From Clostridium sp. CAG:914 (GTDB taxonomy: Bacteria; Bacillota_I; Bacilli_A; RF39; UBA660), in contig FR902159.1 of assembly GCA_000437895.1 (NCBI GenBank), positions 20,487 through 37,961 of the forward strand: 17,475 bases of DNA, in the 5' to 3' direction. Positions 7,714 through 15,567 of the stretch are shown piece after piece. Under the pieces are notes generated by a model that saw only the letters and a list, made by a program, of their open reading frames with translations, was not told the DNA's origin and did not search any database. Every line of letters begins with the position of its first letter. Position 1 is the stretch's first letter. Position numbers and translations under genes: made by a program.

Positions 7714-9861
7714 TTATTTTTCTTCACTTTTTTTATTCTTAAGAAGTAAATCTTTTCTAGATAAATTTAATTTACCCTTCCTATCATAGCCTGTTGCTAT
7801 AGCCACAATTTCATCTCCAACATTGACAACATCACTAACCTTCTCAACCCTATTAACATCCAATTGAGAAATATGAATTAATCCTTCACAACCAGGCCAC
7901 AATTCTACAAAAGCACCAAAGTCTTCTACTTTAACTACTTTACAAGTATATACCTTACCTATCTCAACTTCTTTTACAACTTGTTCTATTCTCTCTCTAG
8001 TCTTTCTAATAATTTCACTATCCGTATGATATATAATTACTCTACCATCATCTTCTAGATCAACCTTAACAGCATTTTTATCATTTACTGTCTTAACATT
8101 TGAACTTTCCAAAATAATCTTTGTAATCATTTCCCCACCACGTCCTATAACATCCTTAATCTTTTCAGGATCAATTCTAAACGTTTCTATCTTTGGAGCA
8201 TAAGGACTAAGTTCATGACGAGGTTCACTAATAGCACTTTCCATAACATCCAATATTTCCATTCTAGCTTTTTTAGCCTGAAGAAGTGCCTCAGATAATA
8301 TTTGTCTATTAACGCCCTTAATTTTTATATCCATTTGCATAGCACAAATGCCTTTTCTTGTACCAGCTACCTTAAAGTCCATATCACCCATATGATCTTC
8401 TAATCCTTGAATATCTGTTAATATAGTATATTTATCACCATCAGTAATAAGTCCCATTGCAATACCAGCAACCGGTGCCTTAATTGGAACACCAGCAGCC
8501 ATCAAACTCATACATCCAGCACAAATTGACGCTTGACTAGAAGAACCATTACTTTCCAATACTTCAGATACTACACGTACCGTATAAGGAAATTCTTCTT
8601 CTGAAGGCATAACTTGAAGTAATGCTCTTTCCCCCAAAGCACCATGTCCAATTTCTCTTCTACCAGGTGAACCATATCTACCAGTCTCACCCACTGAAAA
8701 AGCTGGAAAATTATAATGATGCATAAATCTTTTCTCTTCTTCAATACCAAGACCATCCAATATTTGATGTTCTCCCAAAGCTCCTAAAGTTGTAACAGAT
8801 AATACTTGTGTTTGTCCCCTTGTAAATAATGCACTACCATGAGTTCTTGCCAAAATATCTACAGAAGCAGATAAATCTCTAATTTCATCCATAGCCCTAC
8901 CATCAGGTCTAATTTTATCATTTATTATAAGTTTTCTAACTTCTTCACCCTCAATAGTATCCACCAATATCTTAACACTTTTAAGTATTGTTTCCAAATC
9001 TTCTGAATCACTATACTTTTCACTAAAATAATTAATCGTATCTTCCTTAACCTCATCTATTTTAGCATATTTTTCCAATTTATCTTTTATTTGAATAGCC
9101 ATAAGCATATTATTTCTAGCATAGTCACTTACTTCTTCACTTAGTGCATCATCAATATGAGCCAATTCAACCTCTATCTTTTCAACACCAATCTCACGAG
9201 TTATCTCTTCTTGGAATTGACATAATTCTTTAATTGCCTCATGTCCAAACATAATAGCTTCTATCATTAATTCTTCACTAACTTCTTTAGAACCAGATTC
9301 TACCATGTTAATAGCATCTTTAGTACCAGCAACATTTAATATCAAATCACAATCATCTATTAATTCAGCATCAGGATTTATTATAAATTCATTATTATAG
9401 TGACCCACAACCACTCCAGCCACCGGTCCCTCAAAAGGAATATTACTAATCATTAAAGCCAATGATGAACCAAATAAAGCTGTCATCTCAGGTGAACAAT
9501 CCTGATCAACAGACAAAACAGTACTAATTACTTGAACTTCATTTCTAAAACCTTCCGCAAACAAAGGTCTAATTGGTCTATCTATCAATCTAGCAGCCAA
9601 AATAGCCTGTTCAGTAGGTCTACCCTCTCTCTTTATAAAACCACCAGGTATTTTACCAACTGAATATAACTTTTCTTGATAATTTATTGTAAGTGGAAAA
9701 AAATCACCCGTCGTAGCATTTTTACTCATTACAGAAGCCGACAATATTGCCGTATCACCATATCTAACAAGAACTGCTCCAGCAGCTTGCTTAGCCAATT
9801 CTCCAGATTCTACAACTAATTTTCTTCCTCTAAAATCCAAATTAAATATTTTCTTTTCCAT
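7714..9861 (-). CDS. pnp: Polyribonucleotide nucleotidyltransferase (PNPase)
   Basis: 715 aa with two RNase PH domains ([26 protein letters not shown]), then KH (IGRGGEMI) and S1 ([20 protein letters not shown]) domains. Confidence 0.95.
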   Translation of the reverse strand: MEKKIFNLDFRGRKLVVESGELAKQAAGAVLVRYGDTAILSASVMSKNATTGDFFPLTINYQEKLYSVGKIPGGFIKREGRPTEQAILAARLIDRPIRPLFAEGFRNEVQVISTVLSVDQDCSPEMTALFGSSLALMISNIPFEGPVAGVVVGHYNNEFIINPDAELIDDCDLILNVAGTKDAINMVESGSKEVSEELMIEAIMFGHEAIKELCQFQEEITREIGVEKIEVELAHIDDALSEEVSDYARNNMLMAIQIKDKLEKYAKIDEVKEDTINYFSEKYSDSEDLETILKSVKILVDTIEGEEVRKLIINDKIRPDGRAMDEIRDLSASVDILARTHGSALFTRGQTQVLSVTTLGALGEHQILDGLGIEEEKRFMHHYNFPAFSVGETGRYGSPGRREIGHGALGERALLQVMPSEEEFPYTVRVVSEVLESNGSSSQASICAGCMSLMAAGVPIKAPVAGIAMGLITDGDKYTILTDIQGLEDHMGDMDFKVAGTRKGICAMQMDIKIKGVNRQILSEALLQAKKARMEILDVMESAISEPRHELSPYAPKIETFRIDPEKIKDVIGRGGEMITKIILESSNVKTVNDKNAVKVDLEDDGRVIIYHTDSEIIRKTRERIEQVVKEVEIGKVYTCKVVKVEDFGAFVELWPGCEGLIHISQLDVNRVEKVSDVVNVGDEIVAIATGYDRKGKLNLSRKDLLLKNKKSEEK

Positions 9862-9886
9862 ATTACCTCTTCTTTCACAAATTTAA

Positions 9887-9908
9887 AGGCACTCAAAAAA
9901 GAGTGCCT
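9887..9908 (-). terminator. rpsO terminator / pnp leader hairpin
   Basis: An 8-bp stem, AGGCACTC/GAGTGCCT, around a 6-nt loop between the rpsO stop and the pnp start. On the minus strand it is followed by TTAAATTT. The position matches the conserved rpsO-pnp intergenic hairpin. Confidence 0.55.
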
Positions 9909-9923
9909 ACTTTTATAATACAA

Positions 9924-10193
9924 TTATTTTCTTAAACCAAGACTTTGAACTATTTCACGATATTTTACAACATCATTTTCTCTTAAATAGTTTAATAAAC
10001 TTCTTCTTTTACCAATCTTCATATGAAGACCTCTTTTAGATTCTTTATCTTGTTTATTATTATTTAAGTGTAGAGTTAAAGCCTTAATTTCTTCAGTAAG
10101 TATAGCTATTTGTACTTCTGGAGAACCAGTATCCTTAGGATCTCTAGCATATTTTTCAATTAACTTACTTTTTTGTTCTTTCGTTAAAGCCAT
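9924..10193 (-). CDS. rpsO: 30S ribosomal protein S15
   Basis: [43 protein letters not shown]...RRSLLNYLR, 89 aa. The start was set at the ATG at 10193, with AGGAGG 6 nt upstream. The 21-aa extension in the ORF track is spurious. Confidence 0.95.
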   Translation of the reverse strand: MALTKEQKSKLIEKYARDPKDTGSPEVQIAILTEEIKALTLHLNNNKQDKESKRGLHMKIGKRRSLLNYLRENDVVKYREIVQSLGLRK

Positions 10194-10267
10194 TTTTTCC
10201 TCCTTTATCTGATTTTCACCTAAATCACAGATGAGGTAAGGAGTACCATCACCCAAGAAATAGGAAC
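10194..10267 (-). promoter_or_regulatory. Structured rpsO 5' leader (possible S15 autoregulatory element)
   Basis: About 74 nt between the predicted start site and the ATG. It contains a hairpin, ATCT-gt-GATTT/AAATC-AGAT, abutting the SD, and an upstream CTCCTT that is complementary to the AAGGAG SD. Confidence 0.3.
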
Positions 10268-10273
10268 AAATTA

Positions 10274-10302
10274 ATAATACTATATATTTAATTATAATGC
10301 AA
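10274..10302 (-). promoter_or_regulatory. Sigma-A type promoter of rpsO
   Basis: Minus-strand sense: TTGCAT (10302-10297), a 17-nt spacer, then TATTAT (10279-10274). Confidence 0.5.
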
Positions 10303-10309
10303 GCATTTT

Positions 10310-10903
10310 TTATTTATCTGTTATATATTCTCGTGCCATAACATAATACTTAGCCCCAGAATATATTGCTAAAACAGAAGCAATTATTAACAAATAACTT
10401 GATACCCTAATTCCAAACAACTCAAAAGGTAAATTATAAAACAACGTTAAAGTTAATCCCACCATTAATGTTGCTGTTTTCCACTTTGCTACAGGTATAG
10501 CAGCAACAGCTTTACCCTTATTACCAATAAGCATCTTTATAGAATCTACGACAATATCACGTACTATAATAATAACCGGTATAACTGGATGTATCATATT
10601 ATCACAAGCTAAAATAATTAATAATGAATTAGTAAGCAATTTATCTGATATAGCATCTATCATCTTACCAAAATCAGTAACCATATCATACTTCCTAGCC
10701 ACATACCCATCAAAAAAGTCTGTTAAAGAAGCAATAATAAATAAAACACCACATATTATATATCTTAAATCCATAACAATATTTCCATTAACAATATATG
10801 TAGGAATATTTACACCCACCTCATGAAAAGGAAACAATAATATTATAATTATTATTACTGACAATATAATTCTTGACATTGTAATTTTATTTGCTTTATT
10901 CAC
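10310..10903 (-). CDS. pgsA: CDP-diacylglycerol--glycerol-3-phosphate 3-phosphatidyltransferase
   Basis: [12 protein letters not shown]-terminus and the CDP-alcohol phosphatidyltransferase motif [30 protein letters not shown] start with GGAGG 5 nt upstream. The rodZ(ymfM)-pgsA order matches Bacillus. Confidence 0.85.
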   Translation of the reverse strand: MNKANKITMSRIILSVIIIIILLFPFHEVGVNIPTYIVNGNIVMDLRYIICGVLFIIASLTDFFDGYVARKYDMVTDFGKMIDAISDKLLTNSLLIILACDNMIHPVIPVIIIVRDIVVDSIKMLIGNKGKAVAAIPVAKWKTATLMVGLTLTLFYNLPFELFGIRVSSYLLIIASVLAIYSGAKYYVMAREYITDK

Positions 10904-10905
10904 TT

Positions 10906-11376
10906 CTACCTCCTAATAACATAAGTTACATTATCATCTTTAAAATCATTATTTCTAACTCCACTAACAACAAAATAAGTAATTATAAATACCAAAAGTA
11001 CTAACACACAAACACCTATACATATAATATAAGTTTTATTATGTCCCTCTTTCTTTGTATAAGGAGAAGAAAATTCCTTCTTTTCTTTTTCTCTTTTTTG
11101 TTTAGCTTCCTCAATAACTTCTGAAGGTATCTTAGATGTAAAGTCAAACAAAAATTCATTAAATTCATCTACTAGTTTTTCACCATCTAATCCCAAATAC
11201 TTAGCATAATCACGAATAAAAAATTTCAAAGTATTAACATCACTAAAATCTTCTTTTCTTCCCTCTTCTAAACTAATTATTTGACTAGGTCTCATTTTTA
11301 AATCTTCGGCTGCTTCATCAACCGAGACACCATTTTCTTCCCTTTTTTCTTTTAATTTTAAACCAATATCTTTCAT
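10906..11376 (-). CDS. rodZ: RodZ-like cytoskeleton/HTH (XRE-family) membrane-anchored protein
   Basis: N-terminal HTH (IGLKLKEKREENGVSVDEAAEDLKMRPSQIISLEEG), the FIRDYAKYLGLD block typical of RodZ, and a single transmembrane helix (YIICIGVCVLVLLVFIITYFVV). Start set at the ATG at 11376, after AGGAAG. The protein is short and lacks the C-terminal extracellular domain. Confidence 0.6.
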   Translation of the reverse strand: MKDIGLKLKEKREENGVSVDEAAEDLKMRPSQIISLEEGRKEDFSDVNTLKFFIRDYAKYLGLDGEKLVDEFNEFLFDFTSKIPSEVIEEAKQKREKEKKEFSSPYTKKEGHNKTYIICIGVCVLVLLVFIITYFVVSGVRNNDFKDDNVTYVIRR

Positions 11377-11400
11377 AAACACTTCCTTAAAACAAATAAT

Positions 11401-11750
11401 ATGTTATCCTATAAGCCACGTTCTGTACCTCTAAAAGAGGCGACAAACATTTATCTATGGTTTCCCATCCGTTTTATCATTCTTATTCTTCTAAAACAGT
11501 TCCCCTACCATTATTTGGGTTTCTCACTTGTGGGGTTTACCTCGTTTCATTCTATTCATTTCTAAATAGACTCGTCTCTGTGGCACTTTATATTCTTTTA
11601 ATCATAGAAATTCCTTAGACCAAAAGAATGCCGTTAGTCATAAGACTACCTTAGGTTATTTTTTCCCTAAGCACAAACACTACCATCATCACAGACAGTG
11701 TGAGCGTGGACTTTCCTCTATATCACTATAGCGTTTGTCCGGATAACAAT
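11401..11750 (-). ncRNA. rnpB: RNase P RNA, bacterial type B
   Basis: An ORF-free, relatively GC-rich stretch. Universal RNase P blocks on the minus strand: GAGGAAAGTCC (11718-11708), AAAGTGCCACAGAGACGAG (about 11589-11571), GGTAAACCCCACAAGTGAGAAACCCAAATAATGGTAGGGGAAC (11541-11499) and ACAGAACGTGGCTTAT (11426-11411). These are collinear with B. subtilis RNase P RNA. P1 pairs TGTTATCC (11748-11741) with GGATAACA (11409-11402). The ends are approximate, within about 5 nt. Confidence 0.9.
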
Positions 11751-11766
11751 CATTCTCTTCCAAGAT

Positions 11767-12093
11767 TTATTTTTCCTCTTTTCCAAGAATTATTTTCTCT
11801 AACTGAGAAATTCTCCTTAACAAATCAACATTAGTTATTTCTTTTTCACCATATTTCGCTGCTTCTATACTTGATTTTAAATTACGTACTTCTTCTTTTA
11901 ATGTATGATTCTCAGCCATTAAAGACTTATTATCTTTAACAAGTGCTTTAATAATATTATTATATTCATTATAATCTCTCATAATAACATCTAAAAAGCT
12001 ATCAACTTCCTGTGGTCTATACCCTCTAGTATCAATTTTAAATTCTTTTTCCAATATATCCTGAATACTTAGAGAAACATCACCATACTTCAT
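11767..12093 (-). CDS. gpsB: Cell-cycle / divisome regulator GpsB (DivIVA-domain protein)
   Basis: LSIQDILEKEFKIDTRGYRPQEVDSFLDVIMRDYNEY is the DivIVA/GpsB N-terminal domain, followed by a short coiled-coil. About 108 aa from the ATG at 12093, with AGAGGTG 6 nt upstream. As I recall, rnpB is also adjacent to gpsB in B. subtilis. Confidence 0.8.
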   Translation of the reverse strand: MKYGDVSLSIQDILEKEFKIDTRGYRPQEVDSFLDVIMRDYNEYNNIIKALVKDNKSLMAENHTLKEEVRNLKSSIEAAKYGEKEITNVDLLRRISQLEKIILGKEEK

Positions 12094-12190
12094 ACACATC
12101 ACCTCTATTGTAATTATCTCAAATAATTAACCATTTGTCAATTTCAAACAATTTTCTAAAGAACATTTCACCTATCAAAGGTGCACAAAT

Positions 12191-12219
12191 AATATACCAC
12201 ATTATGAACATTTAGTCAA
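12191..12219 (-). promoter_or_regulatory. Sigma-A type promoter upstream of gpsB (and probably rnpB)
   Basis: Minus-strand sense: TTGACT (12219-12214), a 17-nt spacer ending in TGG, then TATATT (12196-12191), giving an extended -10. A second, weaker match lies closer to gpsB: TTGACA at 12141-12136, then 18 nt, then GATAAT at 12117-12112. Confidence 0.5.
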
Positions 12220-12230
12220 ACACTACCAAA

Positions 12231-13499
12231 TTACTTAGTATATTCAAATTCATAATCTAATATTTTAACAATATCACCTTCCTGAATACCCATCTTCTCA
12301 AGATCATCATCTACCCCCATATTTCTAAGTTTCATAGAAAATCTATTAATAGCCTCCTCAGTATTAAAATTCATCATCTTAAATATCCTTTCTACTTCCT
12401 TACCACTTATAACATAAGTATGACCCTCTTTAGTAATAGAATATGGCTTCTCTTTTTTAAACTTATATAACACATGACTTTCTTGTATATCATCTTCATA
12501 TAAAACATCATCTTCTGTCTCTTCAACCAAAACATTTAATTTATCAATTAACTCTTCTAAATTATCCTTATTAAGAGCAGATATAGAAATAACCTCTTCA
12601 CTAACCTTAGACTTAAATTCTCTCAAATTATCCAAACTACCATCAATATCCATCTTATTAGCAATAATAATTTCCTTCTTATTTAATAATTTCTCACTAA
12701 AACTAGCCAATTCTTTTCTAATAGCCATATAATCTTCATATGGATTTCTTCCCTCACTACCACTCATATCAATAACATGAGCAATTATTTTCGTTCTCTC
12801 AATATGTTTTAAAAATTTATGACCAAGACCAACGCCTAAAGAAGCACCTTCAATAAGCCCAGGCAAATCAGCAATAACAAAACTATTACCCTTGGTAGTA
12901 ACAACTCCCAAATTAGGAGATAAAGTTGTAAAATGATAACTTGCTATCTTAGGATTAGCATTAGTAATCATAGATAATATAGTACTCTTCCCAACACTAG
13001 GCATACCTACCAAACCAACATCAGCCATCATTCTAAGTTCAACTTTAATTTTTCTTACCTCACCAGGTTCACCACGTTCAGCAAAAGAAGGACAAGGATT
13101 ATTTTTCGTAGCCAAACTAACATTACCACGTCCACCACGTCCACCATAAGCAACGATTACTTCTTCACCCGGCTTAGTAAGATCAGCAACAACACTTCCC
13201 GTTTCCAAATCTTTTACCGTCGTACCAACAGGAACCTTAATAATCTTATCAACACTATCCTTACCCGTTTGATTCTTTCCCTCACCATTCTTACCAGCAT
13301 CACCAGTAATCTTCTTTAAATATCTCAAATCAATTAACGTTTTTAAACCCGTATCTGTCTTAAAAATAATATTAGCACCATGTCCACCAGACCCACCATT
13401 AGGCCCCCCCATTGGCACAAACTTCTCTCTCCTATATGCCATACAGCCATCTCCACCACGACCAGCACAAACTTCCATAATAACTTCATCCACGAACAT
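12231..13499 (-). CDS. obg: GTPase Obg/CgtA
   Basis: MFVDEVIMEVCAGRGGDGCMAYRREKFVPMGGPNGGSGGHGANIIF (glycine-rich Obg fold), G1 GMPSVGKST, G3 DLPGLIEGA, G4 NKMD, and a C-terminal OCT/TGS-like domain. Start set at the ATG at 13499. Confidence 0.95.
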   Translation of the reverse strand: MFVDEVIMEVCAGRGGDGCMAYRREKFVPMGGPNGGSGGHGANIIFKTDTGLKTLIDLRYLKKITGDAGKNGEGKNQTGKDSVDKIIKVPVGTTVKDLETGSVVADLTKPGEEVIVAYGGRGGRGNVSLATKNNPCPSFAERGEPGEVRKIKVELRMMADVGLVGMPSVGKSTILSMITNANPKIASYHFTTLSPNLGVVTTKGNSFVIADLPGLIEGASLGVGLGHKFLKHIERTKIIAHVIDMSGSEGRNPYEDYMAIRKELASFSEKLLNKKEIIIANKMDIDGSLDNLREFKSKVSEEVISISALNKDNLEELIDKLNVLVEETEDDVLYEDDIQESHVLYKFKKEKPYSITKEGHTYVISGKEVERIFKMMNFNTEEAINRFSMKLRNMGVDDDLEKMGIQEGDIVKILDYEFEYTK

Positions 13500-13539
13500 A
13501 AATATCACATCCCATAAGTATTATATAACATTTCACATC

Positions 13540-13575
13540 AAAAAAAAAGTATATTCAAACTTAATTACTTATACT
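13540..13575 (-). terminator. Candidate terminator after the RT operon
   Basis: Minus-strand sense: AGTATA (13575-13570), a 16-nt loop, TATACT (13553-13548), then a T9 run (13548-13540). The stem is weak and AT-rich, but the U-tract is strong. Confidence 0.4.
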
Positions 13576-13633
13576 ATACATCATTAATCCCTTTAACAAT
13601 AATTCCAAATACCTATTATTTCTAATTCATCTA

Positions 13634-14671
13634 TTAAAACATAATATTTTCTATTTCTCTATATATCTTCTGATATATATGATAACTATTTGCATGCCTT
13701 ATATGTGAAGACCAACTATTAAAACTAAGCATCATCTTCTTCCTATCCAAACATCCCATATTATTATCTTTTTTCCATTTCTTAATTCTCTTTTTTATTT
13801 TTCTTTTACTACTATTTCTAATAAGTCTATACCCATCATATATCCTATAACCACAAAAATTAACTCCCATCTTTGAAGGATAATATCTACTTTTATTATT
13901 CAATTCTAATTTTAATTCCTTATTTAAAAACATCTTTATCTTTTCCATAACTATCCTACATTTTTCTTTCGTAGAAAGAAGAATTACCATATCATCCATA
14001 TATCTCACATAATACCTAACCTTAAGCACTTCCTTAACATATCTATCTAATATACTTAAATATATATTAGCAAAATATTGTGAAGTATAATTCCCTATCG
14101 GTATTCCCTTATCTATTTCATCATCATATATAAATATTTTAGTTAACCAAAGTATTTTTTTATCACTAACGAAACTATTCATTATCTTATATAATATATT
14201 TTTATCAATATTATAAAAATATTTCTTAATATCTAACTTAAGAACATAATATTTACCATATTTTCTTTTCATAATATTAATATATTTATCTACCATCAAA
14301 ACAGCATAATGAGTCCCCCTATTATCAATGCAAGCACAACAAGTATTAATTATTCTAGGTATAATATAAGGTTTTATAAATTCATAAATATACCATTGTT
14401 GTACTATTCTATCTCTATAAGGTAAACACTTAATAATTCTTTCTTTAGGTTCATATATTGTAAATACTTTATACTTACCAAGTCTATAACTACCATTCTT
14501 TAAACTATTCATAATTCCAACTATATTAGTCTCAATATCAACACTAAATTTAAGTAATTCATACCTATTAGTCTTATTTTTTTTAGCTCTATCATGTGAT
14601 CTAAGTAAAGATTCAAATGTTAACTTTTTATAAAAACAATTCTTTATACTTTTAGACATGACTTTATCCAT
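13634..14671 (-). CDS. DGR-type reverse transcriptase
   Basis: 345 aa, RT domain only, with no maturase, endonuclease or RNase H domain. Motifs: EPKERIIKCLPYRDRIVQQ (RT1/2), VLKLDIKKYFYNID (RT3), GIPIGNYTSQYFANIYL (the IGNxxSQ motif 4 characteristic of DGR RTs), YVRYMDDMVIL (YMDD box, as in Bordetella bRT), FCGYRI, and the C-terminal SWSSHIRHANSY. It overlaps avd by 28 nt. Confidence 0.85.
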   Translation of the reverse strand: MDKVMSKSIKNCFYKKLTFESLLRSHDRAKKNKTNRYELLKFSVDIETNIVGIMNSLKNGSYRLGKYKVFTIYEPKERIIKCLPYRDRIVQQWYIYEFIKPYIIPRIINTCCACIDNRGTHYAVLMVDKYINIMKRKYGKYYVLKLDIKKYFYNIDKNILYKIMNSFVSDKKILWLTKIFIYDDEIDKGIPIGNYTSQYFANIYLSILDRYVKEVLKVRYYVRYMDDMVILLSTKEKCRIVMEKIKMFLNKELKLELNNKSRYYPSKMGVNFCGYRIYDGYRLIRNSSKRKIKKRIKKWKKDNNMGCLDRKKMMLSFNSWSSHIRHANSYHIYQKIYREIENIMF

Positions 14672-15000
14672 CCACCAAGTAAATTCCCTATATTATATAT
14701 CTTCTTACTCCAAGCACTATAATTCTTACTATTAATATATTTCTTTTTATAAGATACCCTAATCATTACTTTTAACATCTTAAGTTCTACATCTATTTCA
14801 TTTAAAATAATTATTCTTTTATTCTTATTAAATTCCTTATTAGCAAGTATTATCTTTCTCATACCATTATAAGTAATTCTTTTTATCTCATCAACCATTG
14901 CTCCCTTTTCACTTTTCGGATACTTTAAAGTAATATTTTCCGTATAATATATCATCCCTAAATATTGTTTATATATCATTAATCCTTCTAACTCATTCAT
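14644..15000 (-). CDS. avd: Accessory variability determinant (Avd)-like four-helix-bundle protein
   Basis: 118 aa, very basic and predicted all-helical. KYPKSEKGAMVDEIKR, ELKMLKVMIRVSYKKKYIN and the C-terminal IGNLLGGWIKS fit the Avd / 'S23-IVS' four-helix-bundle pattern. It sits immediately upstream of the RT and overlaps it. Confidence 0.7.
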   Translation of the reverse strand: MNELEGLMIYKQYLGMIYYTENITLKYPKSEKGAMVDEIKRITYNGMRKIILANKEFNKNKRIIILNEIDVELKMLKVMIRVSYKKKYINSKNYSAWSKKIYNIGNLLGGWIKSCLKV

Positions 15001-15361
15001 TTAATAACTCCTTAAACTTATAAAGTATCTCTATCGCTTTTAACGGACTAATATTATCAATATCTATATCTTTAATCATCTTAATTATTTTATCATTTAT
15101 AACACCTCTATCATTATTATTTATTATCTCAACATCCAACTCTAAATTCTCAAATATTCCCATATATTTATCTATACTATTCTTAGGAAAACCACACTTT
15201 ACTATATTTTCATTTAATTTAGTAATTTTAAATGGTACATACTTACTTATCTTATAAGCATCATCATCGATAAATATATAAAACGTTCCACACTCAAATA
15301 AATAATATTTATTTTTATCAATATTCTTTTTTTCTAAATACTTCATATATAATTTACTCAC
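14993..15361 (-). CDS. MutS domain-I-like mini-protein (DGR accessory, MSL-type)
   Basis: 122 aa. YMKYLEKKNIDKNKYYLFECGTFYIFIDDDAYKISKYVPFKITKLNENIVKCGFPKNSIDKYMGIFENLELDVEI aligns by eye with the MutS N-terminal mismatch-binding domain ([45 protein letters not shown]...PMAGIPYHAVENYLAKLV). The C-terminal ISPLKAIEILYKFKELL resembles the MutS C-terminal TPxEAxxLLyeL helix. There is no ATPase domain. GTG start with GGAGG 6 nt upstream. The stop overlaps the avd ATG (ATGAATGA). Confidence 0.55.
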   Translation of the reverse strand: MSKLYMKYLEKKNIDKNKYYLFECGTFYIFIDDDAYKISKYVPFKITKLNENIVKCGFPKNSIDKYMGIFENLELDVEIINNNDRGVINDKIIKMIKDIDIDNISPLKAIEILYKFKELLNE

Positions 15362-15372
15362 ACTATGCCTCC

Positions 15373-15403
15373 AAAAAATAGCAGCACAAAAAAATTGTAC
15401 TGC
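15373..15403 (-). terminator. Terminator/attenuator-like hairpin immediately upstream of the msl-avd-RT ribosome-binding site
   Basis: Minus-strand sense: GCAGTAC (15403-15397), loop AATTTTTTT, GTGCTGC (15387-15381; 7 bp including one G-U pair), then TATTTTTT (15380-15373), which runs straight into GGAGG (15372-15368). Confidence 0.4.
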
Positions 15404-15523
15404 AAAAACTAATTTTGATAAACTCTCATTTTCACCATTTTACTACTCACGCGAATCTATCATTTTTTATGTGTATGTTCATCAACCATGAAAAGGAATA
15501 ATTTCTCTACGATAAAAACTAAT

Positions 15524-15543
15524 ATAATGTCCTTAAACATTAT
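15524..15543 (-). other. Small hairpin about 25 nt downstream of the target-gene stop and candidate VR
   Basis: ATAATGT / ACATTAT 7-bp inverted repeat with a 6-nt loop. On the minus strand it is followed by ATTAGTTTTTAT. It could be a weak terminator or a DGR-associated VR-flanking hairpin. Confidence 0.3.
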
Positions 15544-15567
15544 CCCCTAGCATAATATAATTATCTA

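Noticed and set aside
8571-8756. A 61-aa minus-strand ORF lies inside pnp in another frame.
   Set aside because: It is embedded in the highly conserved second RNase PH domain of PNPase, with no independent signals.
10194-10256. The ORF track shows a 21-aa N-terminal extension of S15 ([21 protein letters not shown]).
   Set aside because: S15 proteins start at MALTKEQK... and the strong AGGAGG lies inside the extension. This region is better explained as the structured 5' leader.
13509-13633. I considered the spacer between the RT and obg as the template repeat.
   Set aside because: It has no similarity to the VR. It contains only a weak hairpin with a T9 tail and obg upstream sequence.
13634-14671. 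I considered the RT as a group II intron maturase, a retron RT or an Abi/defence RT.
   Set aside because: There is no X/maturase or endonuclease domain, and I saw no flanking intron domain V/VI-like structure or msr/msd-like inverted repeats. Motif 4 is IGNxxSQ (DGR-type), not the group II or retron forms. Avd and an FGE/CLec-type target are adjacent. A phylogeny would still be needed for certainty.
15362-15567. I considered the spacer between the target gene and msl as the template repeat.
   Set aside because: It is AT-rich with T-runs. None of the invariant G/C-rich VR strings (GGCGGCGGC, GCGGGCACG, GCCGCCCGCTCGG) has a counterpart there. A TR must match the VR at every non-adenine position.
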